Of a stretch of DNA of 49,502 nt, positions 37,901-48,473 are shown in pieces. The DNA is from Octopus bimaculoides (Eukaryota): positions 43,764,813 through 43,814,314 of the forward strand of contig NC_068987.1 in the NCBI RefSeq assembly GCF_001194135.2, written 5' to 3'. The position numbers and the translations under genes are program-made. The notes below the pieces were generated by a model. It was not told the origin of the DNA. It saw nothing but the letters and a program-made list of their open reading frames with translations, and searched no databases. Position 1 is the stretch's first letter. The number at the start of each line of letters is the position of its first letter.

Positions 37901-40900
37901 TCTGGGTAAACAACATTCTTTGTTTTCTGGTTTGGAGCATAGACAAATAAGTTTTGCAAAGTACCAACCCTGGAGCAACCAACATAAAGTTGACCATGAG
38001 AAAAGCAAGGCTCAATTAAGTGCAAGCCAGTAGATTTCAAAGTCTGACCTTGAGCTTTATTAATAGAAATTGCAAAGCAAAGTTGCACTGGGAATTGTGT
38101 TTGTTTGAACTCAAATGACATGTCTGTTGGTTTGATTGGAATTCTTGGAATGAAAATCTCTTCCCTAGAGGCACAACCAGTGATGGAGGTAGCTTCTATC
38201 ACATTAGGTGATGATGTCTTCACAATCAACCTTGTCCCGTTGCATAATTTAGGAGGATCTAAATTTCTTAGAACCATTATTAGGACTCCTATCTTCAGAA
38301 AAAGTTTATGTGGGGGAGTTCCAGGTGACTCAGGAGAGTTAAGGAACTCTGTTGGGTAATGGACATTTTCATTTTCATCAAGGACTGAATCAACTACTTT
38401 ATACTCTCTAATGACTGTTGATTTCTTATTCATTAATTCATGGTTAATCTTTGCTACTGTCTCATTTTTTGGAGCAAGAATTGCCGTTTCACACAACCAT
38501 TTATGTGAATTATAATTATTATGTAAGTCTGGAAATACCCTGTTCTTCAATTCAGCTGGGGAAGTCACCATGATAGCAATATGAGCCAAACTGATATCAC
38601 TATTCCCATCAAATGGTACTTTCCCATTTCCTAATTGGAGGAGCCAGGTTGAAAACTGTTTTGCACATCAGTCCCCATGTAATGAAGCTCGCACGTTAGT
38701 ATTAAAGGAGAATTTCTGTACTTTATTCCATAGGTATGAAGACTTAATGTATGCTTTTATTTCATCAGGTCTTGTTCGTCTCGGAATGACTGGTAATGTC
38801 TGTCTGAAGTCTCCTGATAAAACTAATGTAATTCCTCCCATAGATTTATTACCTCTTATGTCTTGTAAGGTCTTATCAAAAGCTTCCATTGCACGTCTAT
38901 GTGACATGGTGCATTCATCCCAAATGATCAGGTGGTGTTCGCGCAACACTTCTGCTGAACCTGAACCATTGCTTATGTTACAAATTGGCTGTCATTTATA
39001 ACCAGGTTTAGCGGTAATTTAAAAGCAGAATGAACTGTTCGTCATCTTGGGAGAATGGTGGCAGCAAAGCCAGATGATGCTATAGCAACTGCAATTCTTT
39101 TTTGTTGTCTTACCTTGGAAAGAAGCAATATTGTTACAAATGTTTTACCTGTGCCACCAGGAGCATCAAGAAACAGAATTTCTCTGTATTTTTCTCTGAC
39201 TGACATAATTTTATCATATGCACAGCTTTGTTCTGGGAGAAGTTGAGGTTCATGTTCATTCACAAATGCAGCCAGTTCTGTGATATCATAATTTGTTTCT
39301 CTTGCTATGTCTCTTGAAGTTAAATCATTAATTTGACAGTTTGTTTTTGGAAGTCCAGAGCCAGAGGCTTACAAATTTTTGCCTCCCATGGCCAAAACTT
39401 GATTTTCAATTTCAATCAGTGCTTGGTGAAAAATTGTTTCAGAGAACTGAATATTGATATCTAGGTTTGCCTGTTGAACTGTATACTTTAAGTCCTCAGT
39501 CATGTCCTCACAATGTTTCATCTAAAGCTGGAGGGGACTGCCAAGTTGACATGTTCAGTATAATTGCAAAAAGGTTAGAGTTTCTTTGAAGAATCTAATA
39601 TTGATGCTTCAGTCAATGTAATGTCCCAATGCTCATCATTTTCTAAAAAACCTTGTTGACAGCATGCTTTCCTATAAGTTTCACACACATGACCATTTAC
39701 ACTCCTCGAATCTTGGAATGATTCGGGACCATGTACTTCATGCAAAAGGAGTCATAAATAGTAGCATTCTGCTTGGCTTGGGTGGATACTGTAAACTCTT
39801 GCAAGAGTGTCAACCCCACGTTTCCTTTTGTGTCATTTATTGTTTCTCCAGGTGTAATACTTGGATAATTGTGAGTAAAGGAGTTTTCTTGCATTCATTT
39901 ATTTGCCACAACTTACAAAAGAAGGCAGTAAGAGTAGTATTTTTTTTGAGAAAGTGCTTGTTGCAAGGCTGATTGTTTTGTAAAGATAACCCTGTGGCCA
40001 TTCTCTAGATGGACACTCAGATGAATGATGGTTGTGTGCCTCCTGTGAATGGGAAAATTGAAGATGCATCAAAAAGCCTCATTGGTACTAATGTATCTTC
40101 CTCTGTCATACTGTGCAACTTTGTCATTTTTATTTATCTGCTGACTGTCATTCTGCATAAGAATGTATTTTGCGACATCAAAACCTTTGCTTAATATATT
40201 TGCAAACATACTTAGAGTTAAGTGTTGCAGAAGTCGACATTGACTCTGGCTACCTGTACTTGTCTCTGCTTCACTGTAGAATACTGATCATCTACATCTA
40301 CCCCATCTCCTCTTGTAGAGAGTGAGAACATTGTTCTCGGAAACTTTTTTGAAAATTAAAATGAGGATTAAATGAAAAAATGAGTTAGGTATTTTCACCA
40401 AGAGTGATTGAAATAAATAGCAATTGTGGAATGCCGCACGCATGCAACACACACACACACATACGATATCAAACATCAGATGAAATAGACGTGTGTGTAT
40501 GTGTGAGAGAGAGAGAGAGACAGAGCGAGTGAAGTGTGTTGTCATGTATACATATATACATAAATAAATAAGCATACATCTTTTTTGTATGTATATGTGT
40601 GAGAGAGTATGTGTCACTTAAACATCACCGTCTGTCGCTTTCTCTCTGCCTCTGTCTCACACACACACACACACACATGTACACATACATACAAAAAAAT
40701 GTATGCATATGTATTTATGTATGTACGTATACATGACGACACACCACTCACTCTCTCTCTCTCTCTTTCTGTTTCTCTCTCACACACATACATAAATGTA
40801 TACAAATGTACATGCAAAAACACATGTGTTCATGTGTGACTGACTACAAATACATAGAACTGAATACAGTGCACAAAAAGTATATAAATAAAAAAACTTT

Positions 40901-42023
40901 TTGGATGCCCCATGTTGAATTGTAAAATTCTAATGTGATATTTGTGAAGTGATGAAATCAAACCTGGAGTGTGTGTGTATGAGAGAGAGAACATTACAAA
41001 CAATGAATGAAATAAACATGAAATATAAAAAGCGTATAAATAAAAGGTCCTTGAAAACTATCTTGTGCTGAATATTTAAATTTGTGAACTTAGTAAATAT
41101 TTCTTTCAGTAATTTATCGTAGTTGTTTGCAAATAGCGAATTAAAACTTGAAATAGAAACATAAAGATAGACAGTGAGCGATTTCACAAATGAAAACAGA
41201 AAATTTCTCTGTTGCGATGTCAATACTGGAAGTTGACATGGAGAAACCTTTTTTAAAGAAGTGAATCACATATATAAAGCAATATTATTTATTTAAAAAA
41301 AAATATAAACTGATGACCCTATTATGTATCCAAGGTCAAATTATTCATGCATCCCAAGCATGGAAGCAATTTGCACAGCCATTTTCGCATGAAAAGCGAA
41401 TACACACACACAGAGGTCTATTTTATATAAGAGATAAATATTATTACTGTTCTATGGTGAATTCCTTCAACTGTATCCTTCTACTATACATCTTTGAGTT
41501 TGTACCAAGGAGAAATACTAATGATTTCTGATATAGGAACAAAGCAGGAAATATGTTTTAGGTACAGAAATACAAGAGGCAAAATTTACATTTATGAGCT
41601 CTGGAATTCATGAGGTGAAGAGATATGATTCTGTCCAACAACCTACCAATTCTGCTATCATTATGATAATAATAATAATAATAAAGAAAAGAGGCTATGT
41701 TGACTTTGGTGGGATTTGAACTAAGGATATACAGAGAAGGAAAGAGATGGATATTTAACATATACACAACTTATATACATTTAGGCACCAACCATCTTTA
41801 TCTTCCTTTATCTTTTCTCTTTTCAGCAATGCCAATGGAGGAATCAAGTGCAGTGAATTTTGTAGGCGGTGCTGAGGCCAGCAATACTACAGTGCCTGAT
41901 TTACCTGGTGTTGGTGGTGCTGGGAGCAGTGGTAACAGTGGTTCCAGCTGGGCATGTGCCTATTGCACTTACATTAACCGGTCGGGAGATGCTGCCTGTG
42001 AGATGTGCTCTCTGCCTCCCTGA
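4748..42023 (+). CDS. NPLOC4: Nuclear protein localization protein 4 homolog (p97/VCP-Ufd1-Npl4 cofactor), spliced gene span; exons listed separately
   Basis: Exon translations match the NPL4 architecture: UBX-like N-terminus, zf-NPL4 ([12 protein letters not shown]; [17 protein letters not shown]), MPN-like domain ([47 protein letters not shown]) and C-terminal NZF ([10 protein letters not shown]...ACEMC). Confidence 0.97.
7878..8098. repeat. (TA)n/(TATG)n microsatellite abutting a gap
   Basis: Direct reading. Confidence 0.95.
8099..8198. other. Assembly gap (exactly 100 N, probably unsized)
   Basis: Run of N. Confidence 1.
8199..8245. mobile_element. Mariner terminal inverted repeat; element body lost in the gap
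   Basis: attccaaaattttaaaaaacggcgggaacttagttgccaacccaata closely matches the right end of the mariner at 47776-47822 and ends in TA. Confidence 0.8.
8836..8919 (-). CDS. NPLOC4: NPL4 coding exon 2 ([28 protein letters not shown]), on the opposite strand to the rest of the gene
   Basis: - strand ttgttctttcag|GTTGTGCGG...AATAAG|gtttct, 84 nt, phase 0-0; aligns with human IIRVQSPDGVKRITATKRETAATFLKK. Confidence 0.9.
9054..9321. mobile_element. Short non-autonomous Penelope-like element with 42-bp inverted termini
   Basis: 9054-9095 is the reverse complement of 9280-9321 with 2 mismatches, and it contains a hammerhead-like motif. Confidence 0.6.
9098..9143 (-). ncRNA. Minimal type I hammerhead ribozyme relic, probably inactive
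   Basis: - strand AACAC-CUGAUGA-A-GGCUG(gagaguacau)CAGCC-AAAAC-GUU-GUGGU: intact CUGAUGA core, 5-bp stem II, GAAA changed to AAAA, palindromic AACGUU stem III, and stem I partly paired (CAC/GUG). Confidence 0.6.
10319..11108. repeat. Degenerate ~150-bp repeat unit, about 2.5 copies, the last running into the gap
   Basis: cagcctgagtttttg recurs at ~10320, ~10467 and ~11094; ccaattctat..cattattatcatcaatattct..cacact.gcagcc recurs at ~10420 and ~11050. Confidence 0.75.
11109..11352. other. Assembly gap (244 N)
   Basis: Run of N. Confidence 1.
11500..15680 (+). mobile_element. RTE-clade LINE, near full length and decayed (APE endonuclease, RT, 3' UTR)
   Basis: ORFs 11768..12454 ([32 protein letters not shown]), 12875..13120 ([14 protein letters not shown]), 13196..13429 ([30 protein letters not shown]), FADD-like at ~13645, and 14751..14933 ([10 protein letters not shown]); many stops and frameshifts. 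Confidence 0.92.
13931..14524 (-). mobile_element. 5'-truncated copy of the same RTE family (ORF end, 3' UTR, CAT-repeat tail) inserted antisense into the host LINE
   Basis: Starts with (cat)n and ends with the reverse complement of gacccggcaagccaagtga (TRQAK*). The host sequence resumes as in the uninterrupted copy at ~36480-36540. Confidence 0.8.
15704..15798. repeat. Small MITE-like inverted repeat
   Basis: agattaacactcgcacgatt ... aatcgtgcaggtgttaatct: 20-bp arms with 2 mismatches. Confidence 0.55.
16255..16354. other. Assembly gap (exactly 100 N)
   Basis: Run of N. Confidence 1.
16355..16439 (+). mobile_element. Helitron 3' terminus; body in the gap
   Basis: cccggacaaggtcggg hairpin (16412-16427), then ttttactgCTAG followed by T. 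Confidence 0.65.
16561..16609 (+). CDS. NPLOC4: NPL4 exon ([16 protein letters not shown]), equivalent to human exon 5
   Basis: attgcag|ATGTCAC...TTAGAG|gtgagt, 49 nt, phase 2-0; human CRHGPLGKCVHCVPLE. Confidence 0.93.
16704..17375 (+). mobile_element. tRNA-headed composite SINE
   Basis: Head similar to 3446-3560; body similar to the copy at 24706-25118. Confidence 0.6.
17722..18110 (-). mobile_element. tRNA-derived SINE
   Basis: Reverse-complement homolog of 3446-3825. Confidence 0.75.
18383..18740 (-). mobile_element. RTE LINE 3' UTR fragment with (CAT)n tail
   Basis: Similar to 13931-14300 and to the reverse complement of 37500-37813. Confidence 0.8.
19923..20017 (+). CDS. NPLOC4: NPL4 exon ([32 protein letters not shown])
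   Basis: ttctcag|CCTTAC...GATAA|gtaagt, 95 nt, phase 0-2; human PFDEDYLNHLEPPVKHMSFHAYIRKLTGGADK. Confidence 0.93.
20245..20460 (+). mobile_element. SINE, second family with conserved core tttcatcc...aataaaata.gtaccag
   Basis: Similar to copies at 26445-26660(+), 7140-7270(-) and 44720-44920(-). Confidence 0.6.
23762..23885 (+). CDS. NPLOC4: NPL4 exon ([41 protein letters not shown])
   Basis: ttttcag|A...CAA|gtaagt, 124 nt, phase 2-0. Confidence 0.96.
24493..24672 (+). CDS. NPLOC4: NPL4 exon ([12 protein letters not shown]...AIYEPPQ)
   Basis: ataacag|ATA...CAG|gtaaag, 180 nt, phase 0-0. Confidence 0.96.
24706..25118 (+). mobile_element. tRNA-headed SINE
   Basis: ggcatggctgtgtggttaag head; related to 16704-17375. 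Confidence 0.6.
26040..26201 (+). CDS. NPLOC4: NPL4 exon (ESSKNRIQ...[25 protein letters not shown])
   Basis: tttacag|GAA...CAG|gtacaa, 162 nt, phase 0-0; not in the ORF track, translated manually. Confidence 0.94.
26225..27260. mobile_element. Cluster of about five SINE copies and fragments in both orientations
   Basis: Repeated tgagttcaaat...ctttcatcc...ataaaataa..ccag motif at ~26290, ~26515, ~26720 and ~27110(+), and at ~26920(-). Confidence 0.6.
28647..28934 (+). CDS. NPLOC4: NPL4 exon ([10 protein letters not shown]...VPDVFYK)
   Basis: gttcag|GAT...AAG|gtagaa, 288 nt, phase 0-0. Confidence 0.97.
29195..31350 (-). mobile_element. Decayed RTE LINE (APE and RT fragments)
   Basis: ORF 31037..31378 ([28 protein letters not shown]); RT motifs on the - strand at 29400-29950 ([22 protein letters not shown]). 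Confidence 0.88.
31719..31820 (+). repeat. ~20-bp minisatellite, about 5 copies (acagaggagagatttctagt)
   Basis: Direct reading. Confidence 0.8.
32748..32918 (+). CDS. NPLOC4: NPL4 exon ([24 protein letters not shown]...ESLGEIQ)
   Basis: ttttag|GTG...CAG|gtgagt, 171 nt, phase 0-0. Confidence 0.96.
33480..33596 (+). CDS. NPLOC4: NPL4 exon ([39 protein letters not shown])
   Basis: gttccag|GAC...AAG|gtaaca, 117 nt, phase 0-0; SDFHLLLFL motif. Confidence 0.95.
34582..34693 (+). CDS. NPLOC4: NPL4 exon ([37 protein letters not shown])
   Basis: tttttag|GAG...CAAG|gtgaga, 112 nt, phase 0-1. Confidence 0.94.
35287..40260 (-). mobile_element. Helitron, decayed Rep/PIF1-helicase with intact 3' terminus, interrupted by an RTE LINE
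   Basis: - strand Rep-region peptides ([20 protein letters not shown]...[32 protein letters not shown]...ETYRKAC) and helicase peptides ([61 protein letters not shown]). The 3' end is cccgggcaatgccagg hairpin + tgcctctgCTAG|T at 35287-35314. Confidence 0.88.
35474..37813 (+). mobile_element. 5'-truncated RTE LINE (RT, 3' UTR, (ATG)n tail)
   Basis: ORFs 35546..35905, 36196..36606 (LLYADD) and 36706..37170 ([10 protein letters not shown]...RPRKTW...TRQAK*), followed by a repeat-containing 3' UTR ending gatgatgatgat. Confidence 0.92.
41827..42023 (+). CDS. NPLOC4: NPL4 last coding exon with NZF/RanBP2-type zinc finger
   Basis: ctctttcag|CA ATG CCA...[27 protein letters not shown]; phase 1 matches the preceding exon. 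Confidence 0.93.
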
Positions 42024-42255
42024 AACTCCAATTCCTTTATCTTCTCCCTTCCACTACCCCAATTCCACACCTTACCTCTTGCCTCTTGCAAATATTACTT
42101 GACATCAAACTTCCACTCAGAGGGTCATGAGACAGGCACTGACTGTTGTTACTTCCCTTTGCTGCCATGAATTGGACCTGAGGTTTGGTTGGGTTTACTT
42201 TCTCTCTCTTTCACTTTGTTCCCTTTTTTTAAAGTTTTTGGTTATAAAAAAAAAA

Positions 42256-42355
42256 NNNNNNNNNNNNNNNNNNNNNNNNNNNNNNNNNNNNNNNNNNNNN
42301 NNNNNNNNNNNNNNNNNNNNNNNNNNNNNNNNNNNNNNNNNNNNNNNNNNNNNNN
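42256..42355. other. Assembly gap (exactly 100 N) in the presumed 3' UTR
   Basis: Run of N. Confidence 1.
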
Positions 42356-42804
42356 ATATAAACCAGCTTGGCGGATGGGCAGTAAAAGATAATGGTGATA
42401 TACATTCATAAACTCCCACACATTCACATGTGCTAGTGTGCACTTACACACACATACATTTATATGTACATAATGGGTATATATGTGTGCATAAATGTAC
42501 TTATATTCTTATATAAATATGTCTGTACATTTATGTGTGTATATATATATATATATATATACTTTTATGTGTCTTTTCTACGTGCATTGGGTATGTATAC
42601 GGATGTGTACATGTGTTTGTGCTCGCACACGTCTGTGTTTATGCATAAACGTAGCCGTGGGAGAAGTTCACTTCAGCCCCTCATGATATCATGTTCTGTC
42701 CTACTGCATTGTCATTTGGGAAGTGATTTCTAATATAGCTTCAGGTTTACCAATGCCTTTAGAGTGAAATGCTATAGAAGGAAACTGGACAGAAACAGTT
42801 TTTT

Positions 42805-42839
42805 GCCTATATATGTATGTGTGTGTGTGTATTGATATA

Positions 42840-42883
<44 letters not shown>

Positions 42884-43071
42884 CATACATATGTGTGTGT
42901 GCGTCTATGTGGGTATATATTTATATGCACTTTCATATACAAATTTATGTGTATGTTATGGTGGTGTGTGGATATGGTATTTCCTTTTGACTTTGCATTT
43001 TAATCTCTTGAGCAATGACAGTATGTATATATGTGTGTATATATATTGTATGCACGTACATGTAATGTCTA

Positions 43072-43110
<39 letters not shown>

Positions 43111-43162
43111 TGTGCATATACATGTATGTGTACATATGTATACATATATAAATGTATCTTTG

Positions 43163-43203
<41 letters not shown>

Positions 43204-43290
43204 TGTGCATATACATGTATGTGTACATATGTATACATATATAAATGTATCTTTGGGTATATATATATATATGCACACATATACACATGT
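42805..43290. repeat. (TA)n/(TG)n microsatellite field with a ~90-bp tandem duplication
   Basis: aaactgtgtgcatatacatgtatgtgtacatatgtatacatatataaatgtatctttgggt occurs twice (~43105 and ~43198). Confidence 0.9.
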
Positions 43291-43451
43291 ATGTGCATAC
43301 CTTTATTGTCAGTAGGTAAGATGGTTTCATCTGTCAATCACACCAGTAAAACCCATGTGATGGGCTCAGTTGTTAATTTCCAATAAAACGTGCCTGGCTT
43401 TGTACATTTCGTGGTCTGTGATGCACATTTTGTATATTGAAACAACTGTAA

Positions 43452-43499
<48 letters not shown>

Positions 43500-46400
43500 T
43501 ACATCCATTCTAAGGCACATATTTCACATGTTATGTTGTATGTGTATATAAATTATATAAGAACTTCAACTGGTATCAGTGTTTCATTGTTATTTTCAGA
43601 AGCTGAAGATCTGACAGCATGTCATGACATGACAGAACTAGCTTCAATTTGATGCCTGACAGTGGCAAGCTTGGTGCCTCTCTACTGTGAAATCATTTTC
43701 TTTCAGAATAAACCTTTGATGAGTTAATAAAATAACTACTGAGGTCTATTCTATCAAGAATTTTCCCTTACAGCATCTAGTGTTGTTCTTTCATTATCCT
43801 CAGCATTGTTTTTATTAAGCCAGTTTCTGAAGACTATTTTCTGTATTCTGTTGTGAGTGCTGTTTTATAGAGGTTAGCATGGCCAGTTCTAATACCATAT
43901 GTTCTGGTACCTATTTGTCATAGCTTTGTAAATTAACACTTACAGTTAGAGTGAGTTGTCCAAAAATGGAATAAATGCTTGCTGTAAATAGGAATACAAT
44001 GTACCATGAATACATCATTCATTCCGTTAACATACTCCTGTCGAAAATATCAATTAATTTTGTAAATAATGAAGAATTTACTAAAACAACTTTGTCATAT
44101 TAAGCTAGTGGGTGGAACATTTATTAACATAGAATTTCGATGAAGGTTTTAATTTAGATTACTTTAATCCTTTTGTTAACATATTTTTGTCGAACTACAC
44201 TGACATTTCTATTAATTTTGAAAATTCTGAAAAACTTAGTAAAATATCTTTACCATATTATTAAGCTGGTGAATGGAACATTTATTAACATGGAGTTTTT
44301 TTTATTTAGATTTCTTTGGAATAGGAAGTTTGCATTTTATAACCAGGAACAGTCTCAGATGGGTTGGTGTTAAAAGGATTGATAGAGCAATGTCATATGT
44401 ATTTGGTATTTCAAGTTTCATATTTTCAGAACATGTTGCATCCTACTAAAGCTTTGGGTATGTATTACATATTAGTTGAACTAGTAGTTAAAATGTTGAG
44501 CTCATGATTGTATGGTCGGAGTTCGATTCTTGGACCAGGCAACATGTTGTGCCTTTATGTTGTTCCATTCTACTGAGCTATAAGTTCTAGTCATCTGTCG
44601 GTGCTACTCTCTGCTGAAGGAATTAAAGATGGCATTGAAAGTTACCAAAACAGTTTACTCGTAAGTTCTTGGGAAAGATATTCTGTCAAAAGCACTGAAT
44701 ATAACCAAGTATTCTTTCTAATATAGGCTCAAGGCCTAGAATTTTGAGGATGGGGTTAGTCGATCACATCGACTCAGTGCTGAATTGGTGCTTATTTTAT
44801 CGACTCTGAAAGGATGAAAAGCAAAGTCAACCTCAGCGGAATTAAAATTCAGAACGTAAAGAACTGGAAGAAATGCCTCTATACATTTTGTCTGATGCAC
44901 TAATGATTCTGCTAGATATTAATATTTAGTCCGACATTCTACCAACATTTCTCATTCTAAACCCAAATTGCTCCTCATGAAATAGCACTGTCATTTTACT
45001 TGAGGGATATGTGTATATGACAATACAAGAATATATTCTTAGACTAATTTTAGTAATTTGGACTGTGGCCATGCTGAGGCACTGCGTTTTTAATTGATTA
45101 TATTGATCTAAGTTCTTTGGTATTTGTCATCGTTCTCTCAAAATGTGAACTGTAAAATGCACATCAGCATAGGGGAAGATAACTGTCAAAAATATTGCGT
45201 TTTATTTTTTCTTTAGATATACATGCATGTGTATATATTGTTACCAGTCATGCTAGGGGATTGTCAAATACATCATCATCGTTGCAATGTTCACTTTTCC
45301 ATGCTGGCATGAATCAAAATTTGTTGACGCAAATTTTCCATGGCTGAATACCCTTCCTGTCACCAGCCCTCACCTGTTCCCAAGCAAGGTAATATTTCTC
45401 AATGGCTACGCATGTTTTTTCACCGAAGATTGGAAACAAATGTCATTGCTTGTATGATGTTAATACTTCATCACAACCATCATGTGCTGTAAGACAAAGA
45501 AACGTGTGCACACACACACACACACATCAATAGACTGTGTGTAACTAGAAAAGAAGTAAACTTCTATATTGTTGGGAATAGAAGACTAGAAGTTATTAAA
45601 TGACATAAGTGTTGAACATTTACATTCAAAACCCCAAGTTTCCCGCTAGTGATTTTATTTGATTCTCGCTATCGTTCTTCAGCTGTTGCCAGCGTGGTTC
45701 ATCTATATTAATAAAAGCGAAATTCTGCCTGTCCAGTATCTCAGTCTACATTTGCTCTCCATAGACATATACTGTTTTGGAATCGGGATGATCCCAGGTT
45801 TGAAAATCTGCCCTTCATTTAGTTCTTGGACATCCAGCATTGGGATCTGATTTAAAAGCATTTAGGTTGCTATTTCTAGTAGGTAAACCATAGCTGATTC
45901 ACACCATCTTGGTTGGCATTTGTCAGATCAAGGGGGAGATAAATGATATTAGCTTTGTTAATTTTACATTGAGATAAAAACTTTGGGACAAATTGGCCAA
46001 CATCTGGAATTCAACTTGGGACTAAAACAATAGGATGATTGCATTACAGAATTAATTCTCATCTATCCTTAAACTCTGATTAAACACCACTGGGGCATCA
46101 TTATAGACGTATTATAGTCCTGCTATTTAGCTGTCTATAGTTTTGGGCCGCAGGCCCAATTAGCCCTCCACAGGAACTAGTATAAAAGTCTGCACAAAGT
46201 GCAACTTTTAAGCTAGTATATGATAAACAGACATATCTCGATTTGCGTCAGTAATTGGTTCCTAGACATGCAACTTAATTCTTAAAATAATGACACATTT
46301 TAAAAACATTGCCAGTATGGGTGTGTGGTAAGAAGCTTGCTTCCCAATCACATGTTTCCAGGTTCAGTCCCACTGTGTGGTACCTTGGGCAAATGTCTTC

Positions 46401-46601
46401 TACTGTATCCTCAGGCTGACCAAAGTTTTGTAAGTCGATTTGGTATATGGAAACTGAAAGAAACCTGTTGTGTGTGTTTATATATATATACATATATAGA
46501 GAGAGAGAGGGAGACTTATAAGTAGAGGATATAATCATTAAATGATTATATCAGTGGCTAGCGTATAAAAAATCACCATACCGGTAAAATTAATTTTTAA
46601 G

Positions 46602-47822
46602 TATTGGGTTGGCAACTAATTTCCTGCTGCTTTTTTTTTAAATTTAAAAGGCTTAATAAAAAATAACTAATTAATCAATAATGTATTCACCCTTGTTTAC
46701 AACTTCTTCCCAACGTTCAACAAGATTTTTCAATACCTCATTGGTAGAAATCACTCGATTTCGACTTGAAAAATTGATCCAACCAAGCTTTCAATTCTGC
46801 ATCAGTGTTGAATGAAAATGCGTATAGCATTTGAAAGAGGTGGAAATCCATTGGTGCCAAACCAGGAGAGTACTGCAGGTGTGGCAGCACTTCCCAGCCA
46901 TGCGTTTGTATGGCTTCCTTGGTCATATTGGTGATGTATGGGCGGGCATTGTCGTACAGCAGAAGAATTCCATGCTGACGATTAAGTCTTTTCTCTTGAA
47001 TAGCCGTGTTGAATCGTTCCATCTGTTGAACATAGAGTTCCGCGTTGACTGTTTGGTTCCGTTCAAGCAATTCGTAATGGATAATACCTTCCCAGTCCCA
47101 CCATACGCACAACATCGTTTTATGGTGTCGCTTGTTTACCGGGGCTAAGTCATTCCTTTTGCTGCTTCATATTGATGTACAGGCACCATTTTTCGTTGCC
47201 AGTAACGATTCGGGTAAAGAAATCGTTGCTTGTGTCCGTGAGTTGAGCTGTGACGAACAAGCAAACCAGCGGAGATTGTTGATTTTTGTTGTTGTTACTT
47301 AAAGCATGCAGAACCCATGCTCCATACTTCTGAACTTTTCCCATCGAGTGAAGATGCTTCTCTATAGTAGTGTCGGAGCATTTCATTTTCTCTGCCAGTT
47401 CCCTTGTCGTTTGACCCGGATTTTCGTGCAAAAGTTGGTTTAATCGCTTTTCATCGAACTCAACTGGACAGCCAGAACGAGGTGCGTCTTGAGGTCAAAA
47501 TTTCCATTTTTGAACTTGGCATACCAATCACAAGCGGTTCTTTCAGCTATAGTACCCTTTCCATACACAGCACAAATGTCATGAGCAGCTTTTGCAGCCT
47601 TGAAACCTTGAGTAAAAGCAAAAAGAAGGAGGTGTCGAAAATGGTCCTTTTTCTTAACTTGACATTCCATTTTAATGATCTGAAAATAACCAGAAATTAT
47701 CTAAAATTAACTAGAAAAAAAAAAAAAAGTAGATTCCAAAATGATTCAAAAATAGAATTCTCGAAAAAAAAAAAGATTCCAAAATTTAAAAAAACGGCGA
47801 AAACTTTGTTGCTAATCCAATA
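46602..47822 (-). mobile_element. Full-length decayed Tc1/mariner transposon (DD34D transposase pseudogene)
   Basis: TA-flanked TIRs (tattgggttggcaact... / ...ttgctaatccaata). Three frameshifted ORFs: 47440..47670 (HTH, FRHLLLFAF...WYAKFKNGNFDL), 47150..47431 (WVLHAL, RIVTGNEKW) and 46738..47115 (MLCVWWD, LYDNARP, YSPGLAPMDFHLF). Confidence 0.93.
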
Positions 47823-48366
47823 ATATAATTATAAAAAATTAAAAAAATAATGATTAAGGGCACTAGAGTGCTAGTGCCTATACACTAGAAGTAGATGTCA
47901 AATGTCTACAAGCCACTCTAAATTTGTTCTCTATTTTATTAATAACACAAGGCTGAATACAAGGTAATGGGCAAAAAGATTTACAAAAATTCCAGTTAAC
48001 CCTATATTTTAAGATTTTTGTGCTCTGTAATACAAAATTACTTTACACTCTTCAGTAGCGATACCCCGACAAATAAGCAAATAATACATATACATACTGA
48101 TAAATTTCTGCATACAGATACCAATATATGCATGCATTTCCCACATATACATTATATTTAATTGCCCATCTCAGCCAAGTGCTTAATGTCAAAAATCATG
48201 CTGGGGTGAATTTAGCACCGCAGCAAAATACAATGACTAGAGAACTCAAAATTATATATACTTATAAGTAGAGGATATAATCATTAAAATGATTATATCA
48301 GTGGCTAGCATATAAAAAAACCCCACCATATTGGTAAAATTAATTTTTAAGTGTATAATTATAAAA

Positions 48367-48473
48367 TATAATTAAGGGCGCTGGAGTGCCAACACCTGTA
48401 CTAGAGTGGTTTGTCGACATTTGACGTCTACTTCTAGTGTATGGCCATTGACACTCCAGCGCCCTTAATTATA
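48367..48473. mobile_element. ~107-bp MITE with 22-bp perfect TIRs and TA ends
   Basis: tataattaagggcgctggagtg ... cactccagcgcccttaattata; partial inverted copy at 47853-47920. Confidence 0.75.

Noticed and set aside
37888-39263. PIF1 helicase as a host gene
   Set aside because: Intronless, frameshifted, contiguous with Helitron Rep motifs and a Helitron 3' end.
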